Assembly (NCBI GenBank): GCA_003218375.1
Contig: QHNH01000010.1
Coordinates: 24,597 to 88,596 of the forward strand
From: Verrucomicrobiota bacterium
Lineage (GTDB): Bacteria > Verrucomicrobiota > Verrucomicrobiia > Chthoniobacterales > UBA10450
Reading direction: 5' to 3'
Length of the DNA: 64,000 nt
The notes under the pieces are model-generated. The model did not search any database and was not told the DNA's origin. It was given only the letters and a program-made list of their open reading frames with translations. The stretch's first letter is position 1. The number at the start of each line of letters is the position of its first letter. Positions 28,470-37,222 of this stretch are shown here, piece by piece. Position numbers and translations under genes: made by a program.

Positions 28470-28544
28470 TGGCAGCGCGTACGGGAATCGAACCCGTCTT
28501 TCGGCCTTGAGAGGGCCATGTCCTAACCGATAGACGAACGCGCC
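28470..28544 (-). tRNA. tRNA-Glu (CTC)
   Basis: GGCGCGTTCGTCTATCGGTTAGGACATGGCCCTCTCAAGGCCGAAAGACGGGTTCGATTCCCGTACGCGCTGCCA. Confidence 0.85.
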
Positions 28545-28630
28545 AGAATTGCGTCGGCGAAAATCCTAGCGGCAAATCCCGATTCGGCAAGCCGCCTTCT
28601 TCGGGAGCGACCAGTCGTTAGGCCTGGGCT

Positions 28631-29176
28631 TCAGGGCGTGGCGCTCGGCGTGGCGGTCGGTTCCGGGCGGACATGCGGTTGAGCGAGATTATTGAGCGAG
28701 TCCTTTTTCCTTTGCTCGAGATACGCCTTTATTTCGGGAGTTTCGGCGAGCGCCTGCATGCGGGCATAAAAAATCTTGTAGTAAGCGCGCATCAGGTTGC
28801 GCTTATCCGCGTCGGTGCGTCCGGTCTCGATCGCCTTTTTCGCGGCGATCACTTCGGGATCGGCGCTGGCGCGGTTCTTGAGCTTGCGCCATTCCAGGTG
28901 GAGCCGTTGCTCTTCGACGGCCGCGCCTAACGAGGAATGCTGGAAGGCCGCATCGAGCTCGGAAAGGGAGGGCACGTTCTTCTTTGGTGCGGGCGACGTG
29001 TTCGGGACGAGCGGTGACGGTTCCACCGTCATCGGGATATCCGGGATCTCAAGCTGCGGCCGCGCGCTCGGGCTCGGCGCCGGGGTTTCGGTCGCGGATG
29101 GCAACGGCGGTTCCTGCGCGCGGAGGAGCATGGCGCCCAGGATTAACGCTGCCATGGTGGCGGAAAGAAATTTCAT
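28631..29176 (-). CDS. Secreted hypothetical protein
   Basis: Signal peptide MKFLSATMAALILGAMLLRA. Pro-rich N-terminal region. Confidence 0.55.
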   Translation of the reverse strand: MKFLSATMAALILGAMLLRAQEPPLPSATETPAPSPSARPQLEIPDIPMTVEPSPLVPNTSPAPKKNVPSLSELDAAFQHSSLGAAVEEQRLHLEWRKLKNRASADPEVIAAKKAIETGRTDADKRNLMRAYYKIFYARMQALAETPEIKAYLEQRKKDSLNNLAQPHVRPEPTATPSATP

Positions 29177-29194
29177 TCGCTGTCACTATCGCGA

Positions 29195-29245
<51 letters not shown>

Positions 29246-29249
<4 letters not shown>

Positions 29250-29482
29250 TTGAGGTTGTTGAGTTCATCGCGCCCTCGCCCTGTTTTGTAATATCGTTCT
29301 TTCAAGAGCGCTTCGGATCGGGTCTCGAACTGTTCGGTGTGGACCAGGATCCACGGCACCCCGTGCTTGGTCGCTTTGGATTCGCCGCGGTTATGCCGGC
29401 CAAGCCGATCATTCATGTCCTCACAAGAGCCAACATATCGCCGGCCAGTTTTCCCACTTTTCAAAACATACACATAAAACAT
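29246..29482 (-). CDS. Small GIY-YIG nuclease-family protein
   Basis: MFYVYVLKSGKTGRRYVGSCEDMNDRLGRHN... has the GIY-(x10)-YVG motif and the R..H. Its stop codon overlaps the tRNA fragment. Confidence 0.75.
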
Positions 29483-29516
29483 TTCAGCTCGTTGAGCTAA
29501 TCGGTTTGATGGGAAA

Positions 29517-29590
<74 letters not shown>

Positions 29591-29643
29591 AGATTCCTTG
29601 ATGCTTATCATGCGCGAGAGGGCTCCGCATGCGGAAACTGAGA

Positions 29644-29719
29644 GACCTGTCGCCGCGGCGACCGCTTTACCAAGTTCGCCCCGGCGAATCCGTCCTTTGG
29701 CGGACTAAGCTACACCCCG
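29644..29719 (-). other. 5' portion of a disrupted tRNA-Pro-like gene with a 31-nt D-loop insertion
   Basis: Reverse complement: CGGGGTGTAGCTTAG[TCCGCCAAAGGACGGATTCGCCGGGGCGAAC]TTGGTAAAGCGGTCGCCGCGGCGACAGGTC. Confidence 0.65.
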
Positions 29720-29781
29720 CAATGTTTCGTGATGCTTATCACGCGTCGCACCGCCACGCATGCAAAAGTTCCGCGCGACCT

Positions 29782-32700
29782 TCACCGCTCCAGGTTTGGC
29801 CCGAGCCACCTCTCGATGTATTCGATACTGGCGTTTTTTCGCGCGGCGTAATCGCGCACCTGGTCGTCGCCAATTTTTCCGACTCCGAAATACTTCGAAT
29901 CCGGGTGGGAAAAATAGAGACCGCTTACGCTGGCACCCGGATGCATGGCAAACGATTCCGTAAGCGTGATGCGGGTCGTCTTTTCCGCCCCCAGCAAGTC
30001 GAACAGGGTGCGCTTCTCGGTGTGGTCCGGTGAGGCCGGATAGCCGGCGGCCGGGCGGATGCCGCGGTATTTCTCGCGGATCAATTCATCCTGCGAAAGT
30101 TTTTCATCATCGCCAAATCCCCAGGCGATGCGGGCTTCGCGGTGAAGAAACTCAGCGAATGCTTCCGCGAGCCGGTCCGCGAGCGCCTTTGTCAGGATGG
30201 CGTTGTAGTCGTCGTGATCGGCCGCGAACTTCGCCGCCAGTTCGTCCGCCCCGATGCCCGCGGTCACGGCAAAGCCGCCGAGGTAATCGATCGCGTCGGG
30301 CGCGATGTAATCGGCCAGGCAATGATTGAACTGTGCTGTCGGCTTTTTCATTTGCTGGCGCAGAAAATGGAATGTCGCCAGCGGCTCGCGCCGCGTTTCG
30401 TCCGTGTAAATTTCAACGTCGTCACCGATCGCCTTCGCTGGCCAGAAAGCAAAAGTGCCACGAGCAATCAGGAGTTTTTCGGCGCGAATGCGCTGCAGCA
30501 ATTTTTGCGCATCGTCAAAAAGTTCCTGTGCCTGTGTGCCTACGACTGGATCATTGAAGATCGCCGGATACCGCCCCCGCAATTCCCAGGTGTGAAAGAA
30601 CGGCGACCAATCGATGTAAGGGATCAAGTCATCGAGCGTGATGAGTCTCTTCTGGGGAGCGCACGCGCCTCGCGTGCTGGTTTCGGCGCCCCGCCGAAAC
30701 GCATCTTCCTCTGCCAGCAAAGTCCGCGATGGCGAGGCGCCATCGCCGGCACGCGAGGCGCGTGCGCTCCCCAGATCACTTGCATACACGCGCGCGCCCA
30801 AAAACTCCGGCTTCGGCGGCGTATAACTTGTCCAATCAATCGGCGTCCGGTTCGCTCGCGCTTCTTCCAGCGTAATCAGCTTCTTCTCTTTTGACTTCGC
30901 CGCGTGCTCTTCCCGGAGTCGCGCATAGTCATCACGCGTTTGCTTGTCGAAGGCCTCTCTCGATTCGTCGCTCAACAAACTGCTCACTACGCCGACGGCG
31001 CGTGATGCATCCAGGACGTGCACCGTGCTCGCGCGATAATGTTGGGCGATCTTCACGGCGGTATGCGCTCGACTGGTCGTCGCGCCGCCAATCAGCAGCG
31101 GCAGCGAGAAGCCTTCGCGTTCCATCTCCTGCGCCACGTGCACCATTTCATCGAGCGACGGCGTGATGAGTCCGCTCAACCCGATCACATCCGCTTTCCG
31201 TTCCCGTGCCGTCTCCAGAATCTTCGCCGCCGGCACCATCACGCCGAGATCGATCACTTCGTAATTGTTACATTGCAGCACCACGCCCACGATGTTTTTG
31301 CCGATGTCGTGGACGTCGCCTTTCACGGTCGCCATGACAATCCGCGCCTGCGGTTTCGCATCAGCGCGTTTCTCCGCCTCCATGAACGGAAGCAGATAGG
31401 CGACCGCCTTCTTCATCACCCGCGCACTCTTTACCACCTGCGGCAAAAACATTTTGCCCGCGCCGAACAAATCGCCCACGACGCTCATCCCCGCCATGAG
31501 CGGCCCTTCGATCACTTGCAAGGGCCGGCTGAATTTCTGGCGCGCTTCCTCCGTGTCGGCCTCGATGAAATCGACGATGCCCTTCACGAGCGCATGTGAA
31601 AGCCGCTCTTCGACCGGCGCGTGCCGCCACGCCTCTTTTTCGACCGGTGTTTTCTCGCCGCCCTTGACCCGTTCCGCGAATTCGACCAGCCGTTCGGTCG
31701 CATCATCCCGCCGGTTGAGGAGGACATCTTCCACCCGAGTTTTCAGCTCCGGCTCGATCTCTTCGTAAACGGCGAGTTGGCCGGCGTTGACGATCGCCAT
31801 GTCGAGGCCGGCCTGGATGGCGTGAAATAGAAACGCGGCGTGCATCGCCTCGCGGACCGCGTTGTTGCCCCGGAAGGAAAAGGAAATGTTGCTTACCCCG
31901 CCGCTGGTTCGCGCTCCGGGCAGGTTCGTCTTGATCCAACGCACGGACTCGATGAAATCGACCGCGTAGTTGCGATGTTCCTCCAGGCCGGTCGCGACTG
32001 TCAGGATGTTTGGGTCGAATATGATGTCGTTAGGCGAAATGCCCGCGCGCTCAGTCAGGAGTCGATAAGCGCGCGCGCAAACCTCGATCCGCCGCTGGTA
32101 GCTGTCGGCCTGGCCGGTTTCATCGAATGCCATCACGATGACCGCCGCGCCATAACGCCGGACCAGCGCCGCCTGCCGCAGGAATTCCTCTTCGCCGTTT
32201 TTCAGGCTGATCGAGTTCACGACGGCTTTGCCCTGGACGCATTTCAGGCCAGCCTCGATCACGCTCCACTTCGAGCTGTCGATCATCATCGGAATGCGCG
32301 CGATTTCCGGCTCGCTCCCGATCAGGTGCAGAAACTTCGTCATCGACGCTTCGGAATCGATCATCCCTTCGTCCATGTTGACGTCGAGAATGTTCGCCCC
32401 GCCGCTGACCTGCTGGCGTGCCACCGCGAGCGCCGCCTCGAAATCCCCCGCCAGGATCAGTTTCGAAAATTTCGGAGAGCCCGTGATGTTGGTCCGTTCG
32501 CCCACCACCACGAACCCCATTTCCGGCGTGATGTTCAGCGGCTCGAGCCCTGATAATTGTAATGCTCCCGCCTCCGCGCGATCGCTCTTTCCGGGGAGCG
32601 CACGCGCCTCGCGTGCCGTCTTCGGCGCCCCCGCCGAAGACCCCTCCGGTGTCCACAACCAGGGATAATCCTCGCCCTGTTCGACAAGTCCGGCATCCCA

Positions 32701-34260
32701 CGGATTCCCGCAAATATACTCAAACTTTTCCTGCAGGTCCGATTCGGACCGAATCAGACGATCGAACGATTCTTTTTCCCAAAGCGGCCCCGTCGTTTCG
32801 GCCGCCTTATTGATGCGGTGAGCCGTCGATGATTTGATCGCCTGCAGGATCTCGCTCAAGGAGCAGAACAGCGTCGCACCAGCCGAATCTTCACCTTTCA
32901 CCTGCGGCTCAAAGAGCAAGTGAACGTGGTCCGGCATCACGCAGCACACGTACAACTCGTATTGGCCGTGTTCATAGCCATGCAGCACGCTTCGCAAAAC
33001 GATGTCTCTTTCCGCTGGGGCTAATTGACGACGCTCGCGAGTCGAAAAAGTAACTGCGTATTTTGCCCGCGGCCGCTCGAAGTGAGGGAGATGGCGTTTT
33101 GAATACGATACGTCGGCAGAGATTTCGGCGGGGGCGCCGAAATCAGCACGCGAGGCGCGTGCGCTCCCCAGATTGCGTGATTCTACGCGGCGCGGCGGAA
33201 GGTCGCGCACCTTCTCCGCGATCAATCGGATATGATCTGGGGTCGTCCCGCAGCAGCCGCCGACAATGTTCAGCCAGCCGTTCCGCGCCCATCTCTCGAG
33301 TTGCGGGGCAAGGCTTTCCGGCGTCTCGGGAAAACCGGTCGGAGACAACGGATCGGGCAGCCCGGCGTTCGGATACGCGCTTACGTATCGGTTGGTGCCA
33401 TGCGCGAGCTCTTCGATGTACGGCTCCATCTCGCCGGGCCCGAGCGCGCAGTTCAATCCCACCACGAGCGGATCCGCGTGGGCGATCGACGTCAGAAATG
33501 CTTCGACCGTTTGTCCGCTCAGGATTCGCCCGGAGCGATCGGTCACCGTTCCGGAAATGATAAGCGGAACTCTCCGGCCCAATTTTTCGAACAGTTCGGT
33601 AATGGCCGCGATCGCTGCTTTTGCATTCAGGGTGTCGAAAATAGTTTCGACCATCAGCAGATCTACGCCGCCCTCCAGCAAAGCGGCAGCCTGTTCGCTG
33701 TAGCTTTTTCGAATCTGATCGAACGTGACCGCGCGAAAACTGGGATCGTTTACATCGGGAGACAGCGAAGCCGTGACTGGCAATGGGCCGAGCGAACCGC
33801 CGACGAAACGCCGGCGTCCTGTCTCGTTCGAGACCGTGTCCGCCGCATGACGCGCCACGCGGGCCGCGTTGAGATTGATCTCCGCCACCAGGTCGCAATA
33901 CTCCCGGTCGTCCACGACGCGCTGGAAAAACTCGGCGTCTTTGCGTCCGCTGTCCGGCTCGCCCTGAAAAAGAAAGTCATGAAGACCGATGGTCGTGCCG
34001 CTGAAGGTGTTGGTTTCGATGATGTCCGCGCCGGCTTCGAGATAACGCCGGTGGATTTCGTCGATGAGATCGGGTTTCGTGAGGAGCAGGATCTCGAGAC
34101 AGCCCTTGAGGTCTTTTCCTTTCCAATCCTGGAAGCGGTCGCCGCGATAACCGGCTTCGCTGAGTTTGTATTGCTGGACCATCGTCCCCATGGCCCCGTC
34201 GAGCACGACGATGCGCTCGCGCATGAGCGCTTCGAGAGGATGGAGAGTATCGGCCGGCAT
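29782..34260 (-). CDS. metH: Cobalamin-dependent methionine synthase carrying two in-frame palindromic-element insertions
   Basis: [11 protein letters not shown] (Hcy domain), GERTNITGS (pterin domain), [10 protein letters not shown] (DxHxxG, B12 domain), [13 protein letters not shown] and [12 protein letters not shown] (AdoMet domain). 1492 codons versus about 1230 canonical. Confidence 0.9.
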   Translation of the reverse strand: MPADTLHPLEALMRERIVVLDGAMGTMVQQYKLSEAGYRGDRFQDWKGKDLKGCLEILLLTKPDLIDEIHRRYLEAGADIIETNTFSGTTIGLHDFLFQGEPDSGRKDAEFFQRVVDDREYCDLVAEINLNAARVARHAADTVSNETGRRRFVGGSLGPLPVTASLSPDVNDPSFRAVTFDQIRKSYSEQAAALLEGGVDLLMVETIFDTLNAKAAIAAITELFEKLGRRVPLIISGTVTDRSGRILSGQTVEAFLTSIAHADPLVVGLNCALGPGEMEPYIEELAHGTNRYVSAYPNAGLPDPLSPTGFPETPESLAPQLERWARNGWLNIVGGCCGTTPDHIRLIAEKVRDLPPRRVESRNLGSARASRADFGAPAEISADVSYSKRHLPHFERPRAKYAVTFSTRERRQLAPAERDIVLRSVLHGYEHGQYELYVCCVMPDHVHLLFEPQVKGEDSAGATLFCSLSEILQAIKSSTAHRINKAAETTGPLWEKESFDRLIRSESDLQEKFEYICGNPWDAGLVEQGEDYPWLWTPEGSSAGAPKTAREARALPGKSDRAEAGALQLSGLEPLNITPEMGFVVVGERTNITGSPKFSKLILAGDFEAALAVARQQVSGGANILDVNMDEGMIDSEASMTKFLHLIGSEPEIARIPMMIDSSKWSVIEAGLKCVQGKAVVNSISLKNGEEEFLRQAALVRRYGAAVIVMAFDETGQADSYQRRIEVCARAYRLLTERAGISPNDIIFDPNILTVATGLEEHRNYAVDFIESVRWIKTNLPGARTSGGVSNISFSFRGNNAVREAMHAAFLFHAIQAGLDMAIVNAGQLAVYEEIEPELKTRVEDVLLNRRDDATERLVEFAERVKGGEKTPVEKEAWRHAPVEERLSHALVKGIVDFIEADTEEARQKFSRPLQVIEGPLMAGMSVVGDLFGAGKMFLPQVVKSARVMKKAVAYLLPFMEAEKRADAKPQARIVMATVKGDVHDIGKNIVGVVLQCNNYEVIDLGVMVPAAKILETARERKADVIGLSGLITPSLDEMVHVAQEMEREGFSLPLLIGGATTSRAHTAVKIAQHYRASTVHVLDASRAVGVVSSLLSDESREAFDKQTRDDYARLREEHAAKSKEKKLITLEEARANRTPIDWTSYTPPKPEFLGARVYASDLGSARASRAGDGASPSRTLLAEEDAFRRGAETSTRGACAPQKRLITLDDLIPYIDWSPFFHTWELRGRYPAIFNDPVVGTQAQELFDDAQKLLQRIRAEKLLIARGTFAFWPAKAIGDDVEIYTDETRREPLATFHFLRQQMKKPTAQFNHCLADYIAPDAIDYLGGFAVTAGIGADELAAKFAADHDDYNAILTKALADRLAEAFAEFLHREARIAWGFGDDEKLSQDELIREKYRGIRPAAGYPASPDHTEKRTLFDLLGAEKTTRITLTESFAMHPGASVSGLYFSHPDSKYFGVGKIGDDQVRDYAARKNASIEYIERWLGPNLER
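30654..30772. repeat. Family A REPIN-like element (A1), in frame within metH
   Basis: GGGGAGCGCACGCGCCTCGCGTGC...GCACGCGAGGCGCGTGCGCTCCCC with two inner hairpins. Confidence 0.9.
32593..33169 (-). mobile_element. Family A element carrying a RAYT (REP-associated Y1/HUH transposase), in frame within metH
   Basis: Same 24-nt inverted arms as A1. The internal translation has the HUH motif (HVHLL) and [14 protein letters not shown]...YPW. Confidence 0.8.
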
Positions 34261-34366
34261 GGTGAACCAGAACTAAACCGCAGTTCCCCGTGCACGGCAA
34301 GGAACAAATTGACGCATCATGATGCGTAGATGTGTTGTTCCTCGTGCTCGTAATCGATTGTTTCTT

Positions 34367-34475
34367 CTGTAGCCGCGTCCCTGTGGGACGCGTGAGAGCA
34401 TACGTCGACGACAGTTCGACCCGTTAATCGGAATGGAGCGCAGACCCGAGCGGCCCACAGGGCCGCTGCTACAAG
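34367..34475. repeat. REP-like palindromic element, family B variant (B5)
   Basis: CTGTAGCCGCGTCCCTGTGGGACGCG...GCGGCCCACAGGGCCGCTGCTACAAG. Confidence 0.75.
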
Positions 34476-34494
34476 CAAGGGATCACGACCAGGA

Positions 34495-34881
34495 TTAAGA
34501 GGAAGAAGACCGCAGCCGCGCCAGGAACGATTCGCCATGGCCCTGCAGCTTCTCCTCCAGCTGCACCGTGCAATCGCAATCGCAGCATGCCCACGCCTCG
34601 GTGCCGTTCTCATGCCGGCAATTGCGCCGCGAGTGGGCGTCCTTCACGACTAGGAGTTCGAAATACTTCTCCCAATAAGGCCGCTCTTCTTCCAATGGCG
34701 GATCGCAGAAACAGGTTTCTACCCAGGTGGCCACGCCAGACGGATTGATCCGCGCCTGTTTCATGTTGTGCTGATATTCGTCGCCGGCGATCGAGCCTTT
34801 GCCGAGCGTGTCGCCAATGATTGCGCCCAGCAGCGGCTGCTCCTGACCCGGTTTCACACGGGCTTTCACCAAATAGCGCAT
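34495..34881 (-). CDS. Hypothetical Cys-rich protein
   Basis: ORF with a CxC-rich C-terminus (WACCDCDCTV). No family recognised. Confidence 0.5.
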   Translation of the reverse strand: MRYLVKARVKPGQEQPLLGAIIGDTLGKGSIAGDEYQHNMKQARINPSGVATWVETCFCDPPLEEERPYWEKYFELLVVKDAHSRRNCRHENGTEAWACCDCDCTVQLEEKLQGHGESFLARLRSSSS

Positions 34882-34941
34882 CCCGACGCAAGGTAATCGA
34901 GACTTTCCAGTTCGCAGCGAGGAAAGTTAGATTCGCCCGAA

Positions 34942-36171
34942 ATGGAAACGCTCCGCCTTTTCAAATCGCTCACTCCCGAGCAGCGGAACACCTTCGTGGC
35001 CTGTTTCCTCGGCTGGGCCCTGGACGCGCTCGATTTTTTCCTGGTCACTTTTGTGCTCGGGCAGCTCTCGCAAGATTTTGGCAGAACGATTCCGCAAGTC
35101 GCCTTTTCCATTACGCTGACCCTGATGATGCGCCCGCTCGGCGCCTTCATCTTCGGTTTGTTAGGCGACAAGTTCGGCCGCCGCGTTCCCCTGATGATCG
35201 ATATCGTTTTCTACTCGGTCATGGAATTGCTGACCGCGTTCGCTCCGAACTTTACCGTTTTCCTGATCCTGCGCGCGCTTTTCGGCATCGGGATGGGCGG
35301 CGAGTGGGGCCTGGGAGCATCGCTCGCGATGGAATCGCTGCCCACAAAAGCCCGCGGGTTATTCTCCGGAATTCTGCAACAAGGCTACGCCGTCGGGTAT
35401 CTCTTGGCGGCGCTGGTCTACTGGATCGTGTTTCCCCACTTTGGATGGCGCGGACTTTTCATCGCGGGCGCGCTTCCGGCGCTGCTGGTCATCTACATTC
35501 GCGCCCGTGTTCCCGAATCGCCGGTTTGGCAGCGCGATCGGGCGCAGCCCCGGCCTCGGCTGAAGCTTGCCGCGCTCGTCAGGCAACACGGCCGCCTCTT
35601 CCTTTACGCGGCGCTCCTGATGACCGCGTTCAATTACATGTCGCACGGGACCCAGGACCTTTACCCGACGTATCTCGAGAAACAGCGCGGCTTTGGCGTA
35701 AGCGCGAAGTCCATGATCAGTATCGTTTATGCGCTGGGAGCGATTTGCGGTGGCGTAGTCATCGGTCATCTTTCGCAACATTGGGGCCGCCGCCGCGTGA
35801 TCATCTTCTCCGCAATCGGCGGAATGTTGCTGATCCCGCTTTGGATTTTCGCGCCGAGCACGGCCTTGCTCATCGTCGGTGGATTTCTGATTCAATTCAT
35901 GGTGCAGGGAGCTTGGGGCGTTGTTCCCGTCCACTTGAATGAATTGTCGCCGCCCGATCTGCGCGGCACTTTTCCCGGCCTCGCTTATCAGCTGGGAAAT
36001 TTCGCCGCGGCTTACGCGGCCCAACAGCAGGCCTGGCTGGCGGGAGAATTTCGAATGGCGAACGGCGAGCCGAACTACGCGCTTACCATGGCGCTGGTGC
36101 AAAGTGTCGTCTTTGTCGCGATTATTATTTTGGCTGCGATAGGGCGGGAAAAACGCGGGATCGAGTTTTAG
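34942..36171 (+). CDS. MFS transporter
   Basis: Twelve TM segments with the GLLGDKFGRR motif. Confidence 0.8.
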   Translation: METLRLFKSLTPEQRNTFVACFLGWALDALDFFLVTFVLGQLSQDFGRTIPQVAFSITLTLMMRPLGAFIFGLLGDKFGRRVPLMIDIVFYSVMELLTAFAPNFTVFLILRALFGIGMGGEWGLGASLAMESLPTKARGLFSGILQQGYAVGYLLAALVYWIVFPHFGWRGLFIAGALPALLVIYIRARVPESPVWQRDRAQPRPRLKLAALVRQHGRLFLYAALLMTAFNYMSHGTQDLYPTYLEKQRGFGVSAKSMISIVYALGAICGGVVIGHLSQHWGRRRVIIFSAIGGMLLIPLWIFAPSTALLIVGGFLIQFMVQGAWGVVPVHLNELSPPDLRGTFPGLAYQLGNFAAAYAAQQQAWLAGEFRMANGEPNYALTMALVQSVVFVAIIILAAIGREKRGIEF

Positions 36172-36173
36172 CC

Positions 36174-36267
36174 AGGTAGGGACGCTTTTCCGAAGCGTCC
36201 GTCGAATCTTCACAGGCCGGCACTCACGACGGAAATAGTCGGACGCTTCGGAAAAGCGTCCCTACCT
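36174..36267. repeat. REP-like palindromic element, family C variant (C2)
   Basis: AGGTAGGGACGCTTTTCCGAAGCGTCC...GGACGCTTCGGAAAAGCGTCCCTACCT. Confidence 0.8.
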
Positions 36268-36277
36268 GAAGTGAAAT

Positions 36278-36976
36278 CTACTGCCCGTGTTCCGATGAGG
36301 TCGCGGCCGCGTCGGACGTGCTCGCGGGCGCGCGATAGGTTCCCTTGCCGTAGCGCTCATCCACGATCGCCTCGGCAATTTTATCCGCCAGATCGTCGCG
36401 GCGACTGGCGCTGCGGGCGGCGGCGCCTTCCTTGCGGTTGCTCAGGAATCCGCACTCGACCAGAACGGCGGGATACGTCGCTTTTCGCAGGACCCGAAAA
36501 TTCGCGGTCTTCACGCCACGGTTCACGGCGCCGGGCAACGTCATGATGTGCTGTTGGATCCGATAGGCGAGAGTCCGCGCCACGGGCGAATGGTAATACG
36601 TTTCAAACCCACGAATCCCGCGCCGGCCGGAATCGTTGAAATGAACGCTGACGAAGATGGCGTTGCGCTGCCGGTTCGAGATGGCGGCCCGTTCATCCAG
36701 TGGAATGAAAACGTCGTTCGACCGAGTCATGACGACATGGAACTGGGACTCGCGCAACTTGGCCGCGAGCCGTGTTGCCACGTCGAGAGTCGCGTTTTTC
36801 TCCGCACCACCGAAGCGGCGAAAAGCTCCGTTGTCTTTACCACCATGTCCCGCATCGACGACGACGGTGGTGAAGGTGCGCGTCGTATCCCTGACGTTAA
36901 GGGAAGGACCGGTGCCGCAACTGGTGAGGAAAACGGCTCCAGCGGCCATCGAGAGGACTGACAAGAATCGGGGCAT
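36278..36976 (-). CDS. N-acetylmuramoyl-L-alanine amidase (AmiC-type) lipoprotein
   Basis: Lipobox FLTSC. Contains VVVDAGHGGKDNGA and SVHFN. Confidence 0.8.
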   Translation of the reverse strand: MPRFLSVLSMAAGAVFLTSCGTGPSLNVRDTTRTFTTVVVDAGHGGKDNGAFRRFGGAEKNATLDVATRLAAKLRESQFHVVMTRSNDVFIPLDERAAISNRQRNAIFVSVHFNDSGRRGIRGFETYYHSPVARTLAYRIQQHIMTLPGAVNRGVKTANFRVLRKATYPAVLVECGFLSNRKEGAAARSASRRDDLADKIAEAIVDERYGKGTYRAPASTSDAAATSSEHGQ

Positions 36977-37034
36977 GGGCACTCGTAGCGCAAAGGCGAA
37001 TGCGCGCCACCGATTTTTCTCTGCCTTCGGCGCC

Positions 37035-37137
37035 GGAACATAGACTTCCAGTCTGTGCGCCCTGCGGAGTTGTACTCCGCTGAGAAGGTTAGCGGACAAC
37101 ATGTCCGCTGGACGCACAGGCAGGATGCCTATGTTCC
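37035..37137. repeat. Four-hairpin palindromic element, family D (D1, diverged)
   Basis: GGAACATAGACTTCCAGTCTGTGCG...CGCACAGGCAGGATGCCTATGTTCC. Confidence 0.8.
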
Positions 37138-37222
37138 GGGCGAAGCGGCTCCAGAAGAGCGGCTGCAATCCAAAAACCGCTTGTAATTTTCGCGCCTCCA
37201 CTTAAAGCGCTTTACCGCATTT

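Noticed and set aside
30142-34329. Several plus-strand ORFs (30142..30894, 31018..31599, 31840..32553, 33232..34329)
   Set aside because: All are antisense shadow frames inside metH.
34261-34494. Cobalamin or SAM riboswitch in the metH leader
   Set aside because: The leader is largely occupied by a family B palindrome. I could not recognise a B12-box or a SAM-I core by eye. A covariance-model scan would be needed to exclude one formally.
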